Counted from the first letter of the stretch, positions 40,331 to 53,382 are shown. The stretch: DNA of 64,000 bases from Octopus vulgaris (GCA_951406725.2 OX597820.1:28334001-28398000), one strand, 5' to 3'. The notes: generated from the sequence alone by a model not told the origin. Program-made: numbers and translations.

Positions 40331-41242
40331 TATATCAGTTGAATAATGTTATAACATGGTCTGGTTTTCGTGTTTTTCATTATGGTATTTACAGAAATAT
40401 CATATTTTTTTACAATGCTGGAGTATGTTAATCTTTAAAAAGAGATATTTTTTAATGTTCAGAAAGTTTAACTATCGCTTTCATACGCTCATAGTAATCG
40501 TCAGATTTAAAAATATATTTTACTGACTGTTTGAAAATTGTTGTAAAATGACTGACTTCGTTTTCTACCTTTTAGGAAGCTCCAACAAACCTAATCATTG
40601 GAGTCCAACTTTGACCAATCCGCATGCAGCTTAAACGTCACGGTTTGCCGCGTGCACCGATATAACTGGCGTAAACACTAACTTTGATCTATTAGCTTGC
40701 GGTTTACATGTTTTATGAGTGAGCAAACTTAGTTGATTTCGATCCTTATATTTCAGTTGGTGGGAGACTTCTGTAATTGGTTTATATTTTTATGGTAAAG
40801 ATATTTTTTAATCCACATCATTAACTGTTAGTTATATTTATGGATTAGACTTGCCAACCACACTACTTATATATGTGCGTGTGTGTGTGTGTGTGCGTGT
40901 GTGTGCGTGTGTGGGTGTGTGCGTGTGTGTGTGCGTGAGTGTGTATGTGCCCGCAATAACCGTGCATAACATTATTGCACCAGCATTCGGTTTCACCCGC
41001 GCTTGCATCTACATGTTCAATGCTCACAGCAACGCCCACCTATTCAACTGGGCATGAGGTAGTTGCACAGCGAGTTATTGCACAATCACACAGACTCTCT
41101 CCACATGTCTGGCTTCATCCAATAACAAGGCAGGAGAAGATATCGAGTCGTAGGCTCAAGAATATGGGTGTGTCGTGATCTCAAGCACAACCAAAAGATC
41201 CCCTTCCATATCTGATTTTATATTAGAGTGACCATCTTCTAT

Positions 41243-41282
<40 letters not shown>

Positions 41283-41644
41283 GTGCATGTGTGTATGTGT
41301 GTGCACACGCGCGTGTGTGTGTGTAAATATTATTGCCTGTCGAAGCCTACGATACGGGCCCATAGAATCCCATTTCAATTTGGTATCTAATAATTTTGAA
41401 TGGCTGGCAAGTCTAATTTATAAATTGGCTTAGAGTAAACTTCTTGTTTCTTTTCTTTTCTTTTTTTTTCGTTGAAGGGATTAAATGACTTCTTCAATTG
41501 GACAGTATATTGCATTAATTCCGTGGTAGCTGCTCAAAAGTATTTTTTGGCTCTAAGCTCATTAAAATAAAATACATCTCAAATATTGGAGTGGATGGTA
41601 ATTGCCTAGATAAGGAACGATTATTAATAATCACATTATTATTA

Positions 41645-41735
<91 letters not shown>

Positions 41736-41762
41736 CATTATTATTATTATTATTATTATTAT

Positions 41763-42174
41763 CATTGTCATTTACTTTTAATCTGCATGTTTGATGCAAT
41801 CACTTGCCGGGGCACACCCAGCGCCCTAGAGCAAGTGAAGGTTAAGAGTTAAGAGTTAAGAGTTAAGAAGGTTAAGAGTTGTTGAAATATAGTTGAAAGC
41901 TTGGGGAGGGGAAGTAGAGAAATATCTCCATGTAATACAAACACAAACATTTACATTGATAGGGTTTTTCTAAGGATGTGGGCAGTACTTGTTAGCACAA
42001 TCTTTTGGATTTCCTTGAGACATGGTTTTCCAGGGATATTGTCTAGGTGTTTCTGACATCCCTTTTTTATCATACCTAGGGCACCTACAATAACAGGAAC
42101 AGTTTTTGTTTTAAGATTCCATATATTTTGTATTTCGATTTCCAGGTGCTTATATTTACTAAGTTTGTCAAATT
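41763..42174 (-). mobile_element. R4/Dong-like LINE 3' end (RLE C-terminus plus 3'UTR), unit 1
   Basis: KLSKYKHLEIEIQNIWNLKTKTVPVIVGALGMIKKG...EIQKIVLTSTAHILRKTLSM*, with (AAT)n on both sides. Confidence 0.88.
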
Positions 42175-42185
42175 TATTATTATTA

Positions 42186-42295
<110 letters not shown>

Positions 42296-42302
42296 TATTA
42301 TT

Positions 42303-42853
42303 GAGTGAGAAAGCAGTGCATGTCATCAAAGTAACACTGGCGTAAATTATACGAAGCCCAATATGCCCATTATGACTACCTGTCTGATAAAGGTACACAA
42401 AGCACATGCATCACAACCATGTGTGTGCGACATGGTAATCTCATATCAAGATAAACAGCACATGACCTTGCAGGTGGAGCCCAGGTAGAATTTTCTTCTG
42501 GTCCAGTAGCCCATCCCACTCAAAAGGTCCCTGAATAAGAGTTGTTTAAGGATGTTGAACGAAACACCAATGTTTCCAGATGTGAATTATTCAAACTCCA
42601 AGGAATCCCTCTCAACAAATGGCTATGATGCTCCCCCACTATTTCTGCCCATGATCAAAGATGCACATATCGTCAGCCACTAAGAGACATGCTCAACTGG
42701 TTACGGTCAAACAAGTGAGAGGCAAATCTGTTGTTTTTTTTAGCAGAATATTTGCTATAGCCCAGCTTTTACACCAAGACAAAACAATGCACATAACACT
42801 TCCAATCAAGATCAGATGCCACGAGAGCCATTGCTTGGTACTGCAACAGGGCA
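42303..42853 (-). mobile_element. Non-coding ~550 bp element flanked by (AAT)n; probable Dong-dependent non-autonomous retroposon
   Basis: Unique complex sequence with (ATT)n on both sides and no RT/RLE peptide seen. Strand is inferred from neighbours. Confidence 0.55.
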
Positions 42854-42861
42854 TATTATTA

Positions 42862-42925
<64 letters not shown>

Positions 42926-42973
42926 CATCATCATCATCATCATCATCATCACCATCATCATCATCACCATCAC

Positions 42974-43024
<51 letters not shown>

Positions 43025-43059
43025 TATCATCATTATTATCATTATTATCATCATTATTA

Positions 43060-43111
<52 letters not shown>

Positions 43112-43155
43112 CATTATTATCATTATTGTTATTTTTGTTGTTGTTGTTGTTGTTA

Positions 43156-43326
43156 TTTTCCAGTTGAATTGCATTTTTTTCCATGTTCCGACCGGATCTC
43201 AACCAGGAACCTAATGCAGATATATATTAGATGGAGAAAAACTTCCTGAGAATGTGGGCGTTTGGATGCTGGTTCCTCAGTATTAGTGATAGTTGTATCA
43301 TGCACAATAAAAAGATCTGTGAAGAC
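43156..43326 (-). mobile_element. R4/Dong-like 3' end, unit 3
   Basis: Minus strand gcc cac att ctc agg aag ttt ttc tcc atc taa = AHILRKFFSI*, followed by a short UTR and AAT/AAC tail. Confidence 0.65.
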
Positions 43327-43355
43327 ATTATTATTATTATCATGATTATTATTAT

Positions 43356-43655
43356 ATGTTCGACTTTGGCTTTTTATTTGTAAAAGTTTACTCCAAGTCT
43401 CACTCAGGGACCTCAAGAGACAAGTTAGAAATTCAAGTTGGTGTTATGACTAGGGTGCAATATATTTGGTTTTCCACAAAGTATTATTCTAGAGAATGTT
43501 CAAGAAATCTGTTTCCTTTAATATTTGGGATTACATAGACAGAATTTCATGTAGGTCATGGGCAGTTCTCATAAATGCTATTTTAAAAATTTCTGCCATT
43601 TTTTTTTATTTCCTGGTATCTGAGCTAGGTAGCAATCAGTCCCTTTTGCTATGAT
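43356..43655 (-). mobile_element. R4/Dong-like 3' end, unit 4
   Basis: IAKGTDCYLAQIPGN(frameshift)MAEIFKIAFMRTAHDLHEILSM*, homologous to unit 1 but with a different 3'UTR. Confidence 0.78.
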
Positions 43656-43749
43656 GATGTTGATGATGATGATGATGATGATCATCATCATCATCATCAC
43701 CCCCACCACCACCACCACCGCCACTACCACCACCATCATCATCATCATG

Positions 43750-43809
<60 letters not shown>

Positions 43810-43811
<2 letters not shown>

Positions 43812-44102
43812 ATGCAAATTCACAGCTTACTTTGCTGAGTAAGATAGAAAGTATCAGCAGTCCACAGCCAGCAGACCAAAGTGACACTTATTTACTTGGT
43901 CATGCTTCAAGAATACTGTAAAGATTTCTCGCAGTTGCAAGCGATGTTGATTTTTGTAGGTGTTCTACCTTCACACTTGCACCAATCTTTTTCAGCCATT
44001 GTTGATACTTGAATGGTGATACTTCAAAGTGCACCAGTTACTATTTGTATCACGTCTACTTTCTTTATTGACCTCAACCTTCGTGTTTGACCACAAACTT
44101 CG
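43810..44102 (-). mobile_element. R4/Dong-like 3' end, unit 5
   Basis: KKVDVIQIVTGAL*SI...QQWLKKIGASVKVEHLQKSTSLATARNLYSILEA*. Confidence 0.78.
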
Positions 44103-44121
44103 TATTATTATTATTATTATT

Positions 44122-44244
44122 CAGTAGTTTTAATTTTATAGCGTGCTTTCACTTCACTACCGAGCGCAGCTCTGTGTGCCTTGGGTATGTGCTGTGATTT
44201 GTTGTGATGCTTTGATGGTTATTGTATGGAAAGTGTTCTGCGTA
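44122..44244 (-). mobile_element. R4/Dong-like 3' end, unit 6
   Basis: LRRTLSIQ* followed by ~100 nt UTR and an (AAT)n tail. Confidence 0.62.
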
Positions 44245-44326
44245 ATATATATATATATATATATATTACGTATGTATATGTGTTCATGTATGTATGTATA
44301 TGTATGAATACATATATATATGTATA

Positions 44327-44362
<36 letters not shown>

Positions 44363-44386
44363 CGTATATATATATATACATATATA

Positions 44387-44423
<37 letters not shown>

Positions 44424-45206
44424 GTTATTATTATTATCATTATTATTATTATTATTATTATTACATACAGTAGCCACCATAAATGGAATAATTGGTAAAA
44501 TTTAACTGGAATGTTTATAACATACTGGTGATAAATTGTGAAATCTTGAGAATAGTCGTAACCAAGATTAATTTAATGAGATATATTGATGCATATTTAA
44601 ATGCAAAATAATTCAATATGATAAAATGCACTTTAGATCTGAAAATAAATTTCATATTGATAACCTAGTTTGAAGCTTGCTGGCAGGTGAAAGAATAGAG
44701 ATTAACTAGCAAACAGTAACAACAACAAAATACTGCGAGATTGTTCAATTCATATGTCAGCGAATTTGCTTTATACACTCCGTGGTGTAGCATATTCCTT
44801 ATAGAGATATGTGGTATATTCACATACCTGCATTAAAGCTAGCGGAAATCATTACGAAAGGTCATGTATCATAAACGTAATACCACGGGTCGAAACGATC
44901 AGGTTTCTTGTGCTCCCGGCTGACATCTTGCAGTTGTGGAAGGAAATAAGTGACAGCAAACGGAGGTGTGTGCAGTGACGTGAATAGACAAGCAATTTAG
45001 CCAGTACGCATTGGGTGATGTTTACGTCATATTTTCTTCTAGATATTTCATTCTACCTAACTTATTTTTATTCAAATCAATGCCGATCAACTATTTGTTT
45101 TTCGTATTTTACACATTGTATTTTTGTATCCCATCTGCATTTAAATACATATGTTCTTTATCCCCCCACATCCTTTTTTGTCATCCAGCGTCCGTTGTCT
45201 CCACTT

Positions 45207-45238
<32 letters not shown>

Positions 45239-45340
45239 TACGTATATATATGTTTTCATGTATGTATGTATATGTATGAATACATATATATATGTGTTCA
45301 TGTATGTATGTATATGTATGAATACATATATATATGTATA

Positions 45341-45378
<38 letters not shown>

Positions 45379-45448
45379 CGTATACATATATATATATATA
45401 TATATATAAATACGTATACATATATATATATATATATATATGTATATA

Positions 45449-45489
<41 letters not shown>

Positions 45490-46476
45490 TTTTATAACCT
45501 TCTATACTTTGGATATATAGATTTCACGAAGCGGAGATAGATACATATACACGTCGTATTTCAAGTTACTCCATTCAACACGATACTCCAATAAATACAA
45601 GCTCTCAACGATCTCAACAACGTCGTACGACTTCTGTCGTCACAACCAATACGCTACTTTTTATAAGAGTTAGGCTAGTCATCATCCTTTTTTACTAAAT
45701 TCAAACACTCCCAGCCAATATTGAACAGGAAACGTTTCTCACTGACAATTTTCGATAACAATTTAATTGGTTCACCGAAACAAATTTCACATGGTTTATC
45801 GGCAGAATGCAGTAACAGTACTTTTCGTGTTTGTCAGGGGATAATTTTCTTAAAAGTAGTCGTAACTTTCCATTGTCCATCCAATCTTTTAAATCCATCC
45901 TATTTAAAGATTTCTTTATATCTTCGGAAATATACAGAAAAAGTAATACCATCATCCGGATTATAAGTAAATTCCGCAATTGCGTTTGCTACGCTCTCTG
46001 GCGAGAACGTAACCTGAAATAATTTTGAACTTCAACACTAATTCCAGTAACTGTTGTTGTTGTTATTACAGTTGTTGTTGTTGTTGTAATTCCTGCTGTA
46101 ACTGTTGTTGCTTTAGTTGCAGTGGTAACTGCATCTTGGAAGCTAGTAATTCTTCCATGTTAACTAATTTTTCTTTGATTTTGTATCAAAACAAAATGTT
46201 AATATCCGACGTAAGCTTCGGATAAACTCCTCGCCACTTTTATTTCCTTCTATACGTTTGATATACAGATTTCACAAAGCGGGGATAGACACAGCAGTCT
46301 TCAAACGATATACTTCCAATAACTAAACATGATACTCCAATAAATACAAATTGTCAACAATCTCAAGAACTTCCTACGAGTTCCACGAACTTTCAACGAC
46401 TCTTACAACTTCTGTCGTCTCAGCCAATACACTATACTTTATAAGAATTAGGCTAGTTCATTCTTCCAATCTCACA
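45490..46476 (-). mobile_element. Internally deleted Gypsy-type LTR retrotransposon (LTR-PBS-gag fragment-LTR)
   Basis: Direct repeats at ~45490-45685 and ~46240-46476. PBS-like TGGCGAGGAG at 46227-46236 (minus). Gag remnant from ATG 46158: MEELL..polyQ...FTYNPDDGITFSVYFRRY...KLRLLLRKL...HEKYC..ILP...CLNLVKKDD. Confidence 0.8.
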
Positions 46477-46766
46477 TGGGTGTTAATGACTCACACCTCA
46501 ACATATGCACATATATACTTTAATAGAATATACATGTATATGCGTATACCCAGAGGTATATACACGTATCTGTATATACATATGTACATAGCTATCTATG
46601 TATCTATGTGTATATGAATCGATCTATGAATCAATAAATCTAGCTAGCTATTTATTTTTGTATGTGGATGTGTACTATAGCGTGTGTGTGTGTGTTTGTT
46701 TGATAGTGCGTGTGGATGTGTGGATGTATATGCATATGCAAATATCTGTCTGTCTCTCTCTCTCTC

Positions 46767-46813
<47 letters not shown>

Positions 46814-47561
46814 GTGTGTGTGTGTGTGTGTATGTATATATATGTATATGTATGTGTATGTGTGTGTGTGTGTAATTGTAGCTGCCAATAATAATAATGT
46901 ACTGTGAATAATAGAGAGTAACATTTCCTTAATAATTCTCTGTATGAGAAAACAGTTGGTAATAGAAACACGTGCATGTATATCAAAGAAGTCTAATGTT
47001 ATTGTAATTAATTTAAACGGTTCAATTAAACATTTACTCTACACCACGTCTCTAATCGGTGGTAACGTGTAAATAATATATAAATGAGATGAAGTGCAGC
47101 AGTGCCCATTATATGAACCATACGAACAAAATGTGGAAAATATATCACATAATACATCGCTGAACAGCTGCGTATTTCGATAACTGTAAACCGACTCATC
47201 AGCTGTTTTTGACTGTAGCTAGTAAAGCTGACATCCATATGATATATAATAAATGTTGACATCACTAAGCACTGGTATATATATATATATATATATATAT
47301 CGACGAACGATGGACAAGGAAATGAAGATAGCACATCATACAACAACGGGGAAAATTATCTACATTATAAATGTTTTCTGCTGAGAAATATGAATTCGGC
47401 AACAAAATTTTTAGTGATGCTAATGCGATATTTAGTCACTGACAAAGCACAGCGAAATAAGAAATAGTGTGTTCTTTGGAGTTATAGCTGTGTTAATGTA
47501 ACTCACGAAAAGAATATCTAATACACACACCCACACACAAACACGCACACAGGCACAAATA

Positions 47562-47775
47562 TACATGAGTGTGCTGAAAAGTTTCTAGTTTTGGGTAGAA
47601 GAAAATACAACAGGATCAGTTAATTATGATTTTATTCAACATATTCTCCTCATTATTGCAGCAGCAGTCCTTCGTGTTTTTTTTGTTTTAGTTCTGTAAA
47701 CGAACTCGGAAGTTTGGGCCTCCAACCAGGCTTTTTGTAATATTCTTAAAGCCAAGGACTTTTCAGTCACTCACC
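47562..47775. mobile_element. Mariner-derived MITE (~210 bp)
   Basis: TIR-like gtgctgaaaagtttctagttt / aaagccaaggacttttcagtcac; second copy at 56726-56941. Confidence 0.65.
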
Positions 47776-48609
47776 ATCCTGTGAGGTCACAAACAGGAGA
47801 ATAACGCCTGAAATCGACTTTGAGTCCAACTTCATTGTTAATAGATCTATATTTCATTTTAGCTTATATGATAGATCCCGACGACAGGAATCTATCCATG
47901 TTAGTTATATGTCGTTTTTTCCACTTATCATTTCGGTACTCGGAAAAATAAGTATTCGCTGAGCACTGGGGTCGATGTAATCAACTTCTCTCCCCTGTGG
48001 ATTTGATGTCTTTCTACTAAATTTGGAAACCAATATTGCAAAATGTATGATTCAATTCAGTATTTAAGTATCTTCCAATGACCTACCTCATATTCATAGA
48101 AGCCACTATATCGTAATAGATATCATTCACACATGGCAGTGTGTGTATAATATTCTTAAGATCAATATTTACTCACTACGCTTTGTTACTAATTCATTTT
48201 TCTAACAAATTTGATGATGTTTATACATTTTTAGATTGGGCACCTCCTAAGCTACATTTCGAACTACAAAATTTGAAATTTTGTTCAGTAGAAAATAATT
48301 TGAGATCTCAAATATGTTAGGTCAATAAGAGGGGAATAACGCCTGAAATCGGCTTCAGTGGTAGACACACGACGCTGTATACATACTTTCGTATACACAC
48401 ACACACACACACACATTCAGACAAACACATACACACATGCACATACACATAAGTAACTTTTAAAACGCACATGAAGGGAAACAAATATAAGTGTGACAAA
48501 TACGTTGCTTCAAAGAGAGAGGGGGTAAGTTGACAGTTGATAAGTAGACTGTTTTCTGCTATCCATCGTAAATAACACTCACACACAGATGCTCACGCAT
48601 ACATACATA

Positions 48610-48688
<79 letters not shown>

Positions 48689-48691
<3 letters not shown>

Positions 48692-48900
48692 ACGCCATGA
48701 TGGATCGTTAGCTCCTACACGCATTTTTTTCTCTCCTTGTTTCTTTCCTTGTTTTTTTTCTGTGTATCTTTCTGTCGAAGAGCGTAGGCTCGAAACATAA
48801 AAGACTTTTTCTATTTCTATTCCTGAGCTCTATACTAATACTTTGTTTGTTTGTACTCCACCTGCCTTCGTCTTTTGTTTATTTTCGTAAACTTTCCCGT
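48689..48900 (+). mobile_element. Hammerhead-bearing short element (H2-related) between (TA)n tracts
   Basis: 48767-48804 reads TCTTT-CTGTCGA-A-GAGC-GTAG-GCTC-GAAAC-ATA-AAAGA, with perfect stems I and II and a non-canonical core. Confidence 0.65.
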
Positions 48901-48964
48901 TATATATATATATATACATTTGTACATACATACATACATACACGCTTATTGCAGAAAAAAATTA

Positions 48965-50010
48965 CTGAGGTTTCAAGTTTAATCACTTACACCTAAGCAG
49001 AAAACAGGATTTAGAATCTGGTGATTTCTAGTGGGAAGGCTCCGAGCTTATGCTGCAATTAAAAATCCTTCCGTCTATGCTTTGAGGCCTGACTTTCTCA
49101 GCCATTGTTAGGAATTTGCTTTGTCTATTCCTTTTCTATTTAGCTTAACCTAATATTTACCATGAAGGGGCTTTTATTGCCAACGTTTTATCATGATACG
49201 TTACTGTTCCAGTTTTAGTTTGGATTTCAGTTATAGATTTTGCCGTTTCTTCTTTCTCTTCACATTTATTAGGTGCTATAACTTCCTATTTGAATTTGTC
49301 ACCTTTCTTAAAGACAAAAAATCATTTTTTAGTGGCTATTTGTATGTTTCCTTGCTTTTGAAGTAGATATTTAATCCTATGGTGGCTATTTTGTAATTGT
49401 TTTCTCGCTGTATAAGGGTTCTACCACCTTAGATACGTTGTATGTATAACCGTTCTATGTCACATTTTGGGTGGTTCATCCTAAATACTGTCATTATTTT
49501 TCTTGTTTTCCTGTCTATCTTGATTAGTTCATTTAGAGTCCAGTTAAGAATATTGCAACGGTAAATTATAACTGGGACGGCTAATGTGTTGATACTTCTT
49601 ATCTTGTTTTTTGGCATTGAGATCGTTTTTCAGCTTTAATTCAACACGACTCTAGTATTCCTTTCTTATCTTTTCTTTCATTTGTGTGTATTGTATATAG
49701 TTCATTGATTCCTAGATATTTGTATGTCTGGCTTTGGTCTAATTCTCTTATTTCATTTGCTTTATCTAGTGTTATGTTGTTACTCTTAACTAATTTTCGA
49801 CTTTTCGGGGTTGTTTTGACACATTTTTCTGAGCCAAATTTAATGTTTATTTCTTTGGTAAATCTGTGTATTGTCTGTAGTAATGTTGCCAGCTGCTTAT
49901 CATTTGTTGTATATAGTTTTAGATCACACATATACAAGAGAAGGTGATTGCTTTGTCGTAACGGTTGGATCCATATCCATTTCAGTTTATCACGTAAGAT
50001 AAAGGTGTAA
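48965..50010 (-). pseudogene. R4/Dong-clade LINE reverse-transcriptase fragment, decayed
   Basis: NHLL.YMCDLKLY (YMDD motif), FG.EKC, YKYLGI, NKIRSINTLAVPVIIY...IDRKTRKIMT...HPKCDIERLYI, WLRKSGLKA.TEGF. Lies beside (ATT)n at 50018-50168. Confidence 0.88.
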
Positions 50011-50106
50011 GTGCCAAATTATTTTTACTATTATTTTTACTATTATTATTATTATTATTATTATTACTTTTTTTTTCTTCTTTCAAATTTGCTTCCATTT
50101 CTTGCC

Positions 50107-50170
<64 letters not shown>

Positions 50171-50709
50171 GTTTTCTTATTTTCTTCTACTTTCCTGTTT
50201 TATTCCATTTTATTTTTATTTTTTTGTAAATTTTTATTCATCCGTCATCATCTTCCTCTATTTCTCAATTTTCATTTTTGTTTTGGCTTTCTATCCGTAT
50301 TTTGTTTATATTTTTTTTTGTTCTTTTAATGTAATTTTATTTATTACATTAATGTTTTTTCTTCTTTTCCGTTTTCTTCTCTTCCTGTTTTCCCCTTTCA
50401 TATTCATTTTTCCTTCTTGAATAGTTTCGGAAATTCTTCTCATCCTCCTTTCTTTTCATCTCTTCTTGTCTGCTAATATATTGTTTCTTTCTTTATTTCG
50501 CTTCAGTTGTTTCTTTGATATATTGCTTGGGTGTATTTCTCCATTACAATTTATGTTCCCTTTTGAAGCCACCCAGGGTGAACATTATCTTTCCTAATTC
50601 CAGTGTCAATGAATTAAGATACCACCAGTCAAGTACTAAGGTCAATATATTTGTTTAAGCACATTACCGTAAAGGTATCCAATTCTGCCGATTAAAAGAC
50701 ATTTAATAT

Positions 50710-50900
50710 TGGTTTCAAATTCTGGTACAAGACCAATAATCCAAGGAAAGGGTTTAAATCGATTACATCGATCCCAGTGTTCATGTGCTACTTATTCTAT
50801 CGTAGCCCTCGGTGGACATTACACTCAGAACGTCAACGCGGACGAAATGCTACTAAGCATTTTGCTCGATATGTTAGCGATTATCCCAGGCCGCCGTTTT
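50710..50900 (-). mobile_element. Degraded SINE family A
   Basis: atcgattacatcgatcccagtg...actcagaacgtc...gacgaaatgctactaagcattt. Confidence 0.65.
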
Positions 50901-51277
50901 ATATTGCCAAGGAAATATACTGGACGAAATATACCGGAAAAGGAGATTTATAGGGAACAATAAAAGTTGAGTGAGTTCTAATATGTATTTAATTTATATG
51001 TAGTTTATTAGAATAAATGAAATAGTAGATGCGTAAATTTGATTTAATATTAGTAATGCTAGACGATAGGAAGACCTGTGGAGGACAGATTAAGCGAAGA
51101 AAGGATTATTAACTGTTGTTAATAATCTATAAATTATTTATATTTGAGTTCGTTGTACACGGGTTTGATATTAATAAAAATAGAAATAGATGTTATGTTA
51201 ATAGCACTAAAGAGTAAGAAACTAGGATGAGAATATATCGATGTTCCAGTTAAGAACGTCTTAGTATCATTGTAATT

Positions 51278-51450
51278 CGGCAGAATCTTTAGCACGCCAG
51301 ACAAAATTCTTAGCGGCATTTCGTCTGTCTTTACGTTCTGAGTTCAAATTCCGCTGAAGTCGACATTGCTTTTCATCCTTTCAGGGTTCGATAAAATAAG
51401 TACCATTTAAGCACTGCGATCGATGTAATCGTCTTACCTCCTCCTACGAA
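51278..51450 (+). mobile_element. SINE family A
   Basis: ggcagaatctttagcacgcc...ttacgttctgagttcaaattccg. Confidence 0.85.
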
Positions 51451-52490
51451 CTTCCTTTGGCAATCATATAATTAGGATATTTAGGTCTTCAAAGGTTCCG
51501 ATGATTCGGATGGTGAATGAGAGTGCATCTGAAATCAATGAAAAACGGAAACCCCACCACCAACAAAAGCATCAACCCAATATCAACAACAACTAGTTTA
51601 TTATGATTCTGGAGTGGAATCAAGTTAGATAACGCAGATCTAACTGATCAAAGAATTTCGTTACACCTATATCCCAGCATGTGAAAAATTCTATATACTG
51701 TTCACTTGTCAGTTAATAAGAGCTAAACTAATCCACACTTCATGGGGCCGTTCAAGAGTTTGGACCTGGAGATCTCCATTTCCAGCGACTTCGAGGGCCA
51801 CCTCCCAGTGGTGTCGGGCGTCAACGAAGAGCCCTCGACTACAACAAGACGACCAAAGTTTTTTTCTTTTTCCAAGGTCTGGGGTCTCCCGCCCCTAAGC
51901 CCTAGATCATCACCTAATCACCCTTACCCGTCTTGTTGCTTAACAACAACAACAACTACTACTTTACGGGTACGTTAAAAGTGTTTGTTTCGTTTATTTC
52001 CATACTAAACTACGTTGTAAAATATATTTACATTTGTCTCCTAAATTTAGACAACACTATGTGCATAAACATCCCTTCATGAACATATTGTATAGAATGA
52101 CATGATGTTTACATCTATTTATCGTATAAAGGGGAAGCTGATTTCTATACATAAATATTGTGTAATACAATATAGGCTTAGTTATAATGTACAATTTTTG
52201 TGTAGTATGACATTAAGAGTTTAGTAAAACAAGCGGAAATAAAACAATTACCTCAATAATTGAAAATGCACGACACTGGTAGTGTAGTTTAATGTTACTT
52301 CACTGTCTCACATCAATTCCCACAGGTCCGAGACTGTCTTGCAGATATCCGACTTGATTCAATAGCTAGCATTCATGTACTAAGTTCAAAATAAATCAAA
52401 GTCTACCGAGATTGCTGGCTTTAATATGAGAAACAATAAATTTACGCTGGCTTTATATCGATTTTGGAGGCCCAAAAAATATATTATGGG

Positions 52491-52493
<3 letters not shown>

Positions 52494-52567
<74 letters not shown>
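52494..52567. repeat. (CT)n microsatellite
   Basis: Seen directly. Confidence 0.95.
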
Positions 52568-52569
<2 letters not shown>

Positions 52570-53058
52570 CAGACTAAATGATCAAATATCTTATATCTTT
52601 ATGTGTATCTCTCCCAATTTCTATATTTTTTCTTCCTCTCTGTCTGCCTGTCAAACACATTTACTCTCTCTATCGCTAACTTTCTCTTTCTCTTTTTATG
52701 CTTATATACATGTGTGTGAGTGTGTGTGTGTGTCTGTGTGTGTATAAGAAATCAGCTATGCTTGCATCCAACTTTTAGATTATCCAATAAGCTTGAGTCA
52801 ATATAAAGACACAAAAACATTATGGAGACCAGTACTAGTAATTCGACCTCCCGATATTGTCCCAGTGTATATTGTTGGATGTACCTCCGTTTTGTGTTAA
52901 AGGTAGTTGAACATCTGAGTGGGTTCTCATGTCGATCAGCTAGTCAGTCTTGAAACTGACAGCGGAATACATCTGTATTCGTATATTACTGTGCATGCGT
53001 GTGTATGTCTATGTTTATTCATGTATACATATACGTACACATGAATGTATATATAAAT

Positions 53059-53130
<72 letters not shown>

Positions 53131-53165
53131 GAAAGCAGGTAGTTAGTTAGGTAGGTAGGTAGCTA

Positions 53166-53332
53166 GACAACCGGTGTCGGTGTATTTAAGTCCTCGTAAC
53201 CTAGCAAAGGTAATTGAGAGAATAAGCACTAGGTTTAAGTAAAAGAACCATTGGGTCGATTTATTCGACTAAATATCATTCAAGGCGGTGCCTCAGAATG
53301 ATCGCAGGCAAATGACTGAAACAAGTTTAAGG

Positions 53333-53335
<3 letters not shown>
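53166..53335 (+). mobile_element. SINE family B 3' half, following a (GATA)n tract
   Basis: gacaaccggtgtcggtgt...caaatgactgaaacaag. Confidence 0.75.

Positions 53336-53382
<47 letters not shown>

Noticed and set aside
40575-40775. Acceptor-like ttttag followed by a short frame; weak inverted ends gaagctccaac / gttggtgggagacttc
   Set aside because: All three frames stop within 60 nt, and the inverted similarity is too weak to call a MITE.
41056-41077. tgaggtagttgcacagc resembles the let-7 5' end
   Set aside because: Only the first 9 nt match let-7, and no good precursor hairpin forms.
44845-44907. Degenerate hammerhead-like string gaaatc-attacga...tcgaaacgatc-aggtttc
   Set aside because: The CUGANGA core is missing and stem II does not pair; possibly a fossil but not supportable.
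47783-48360. ~40 bp direct repeat (aggtca...gaataacgcctgaaatcg) at 47783 and 48319
   Set aside because: Too short and lacking termini to interpret; probably fragments of a dispersed repeat.
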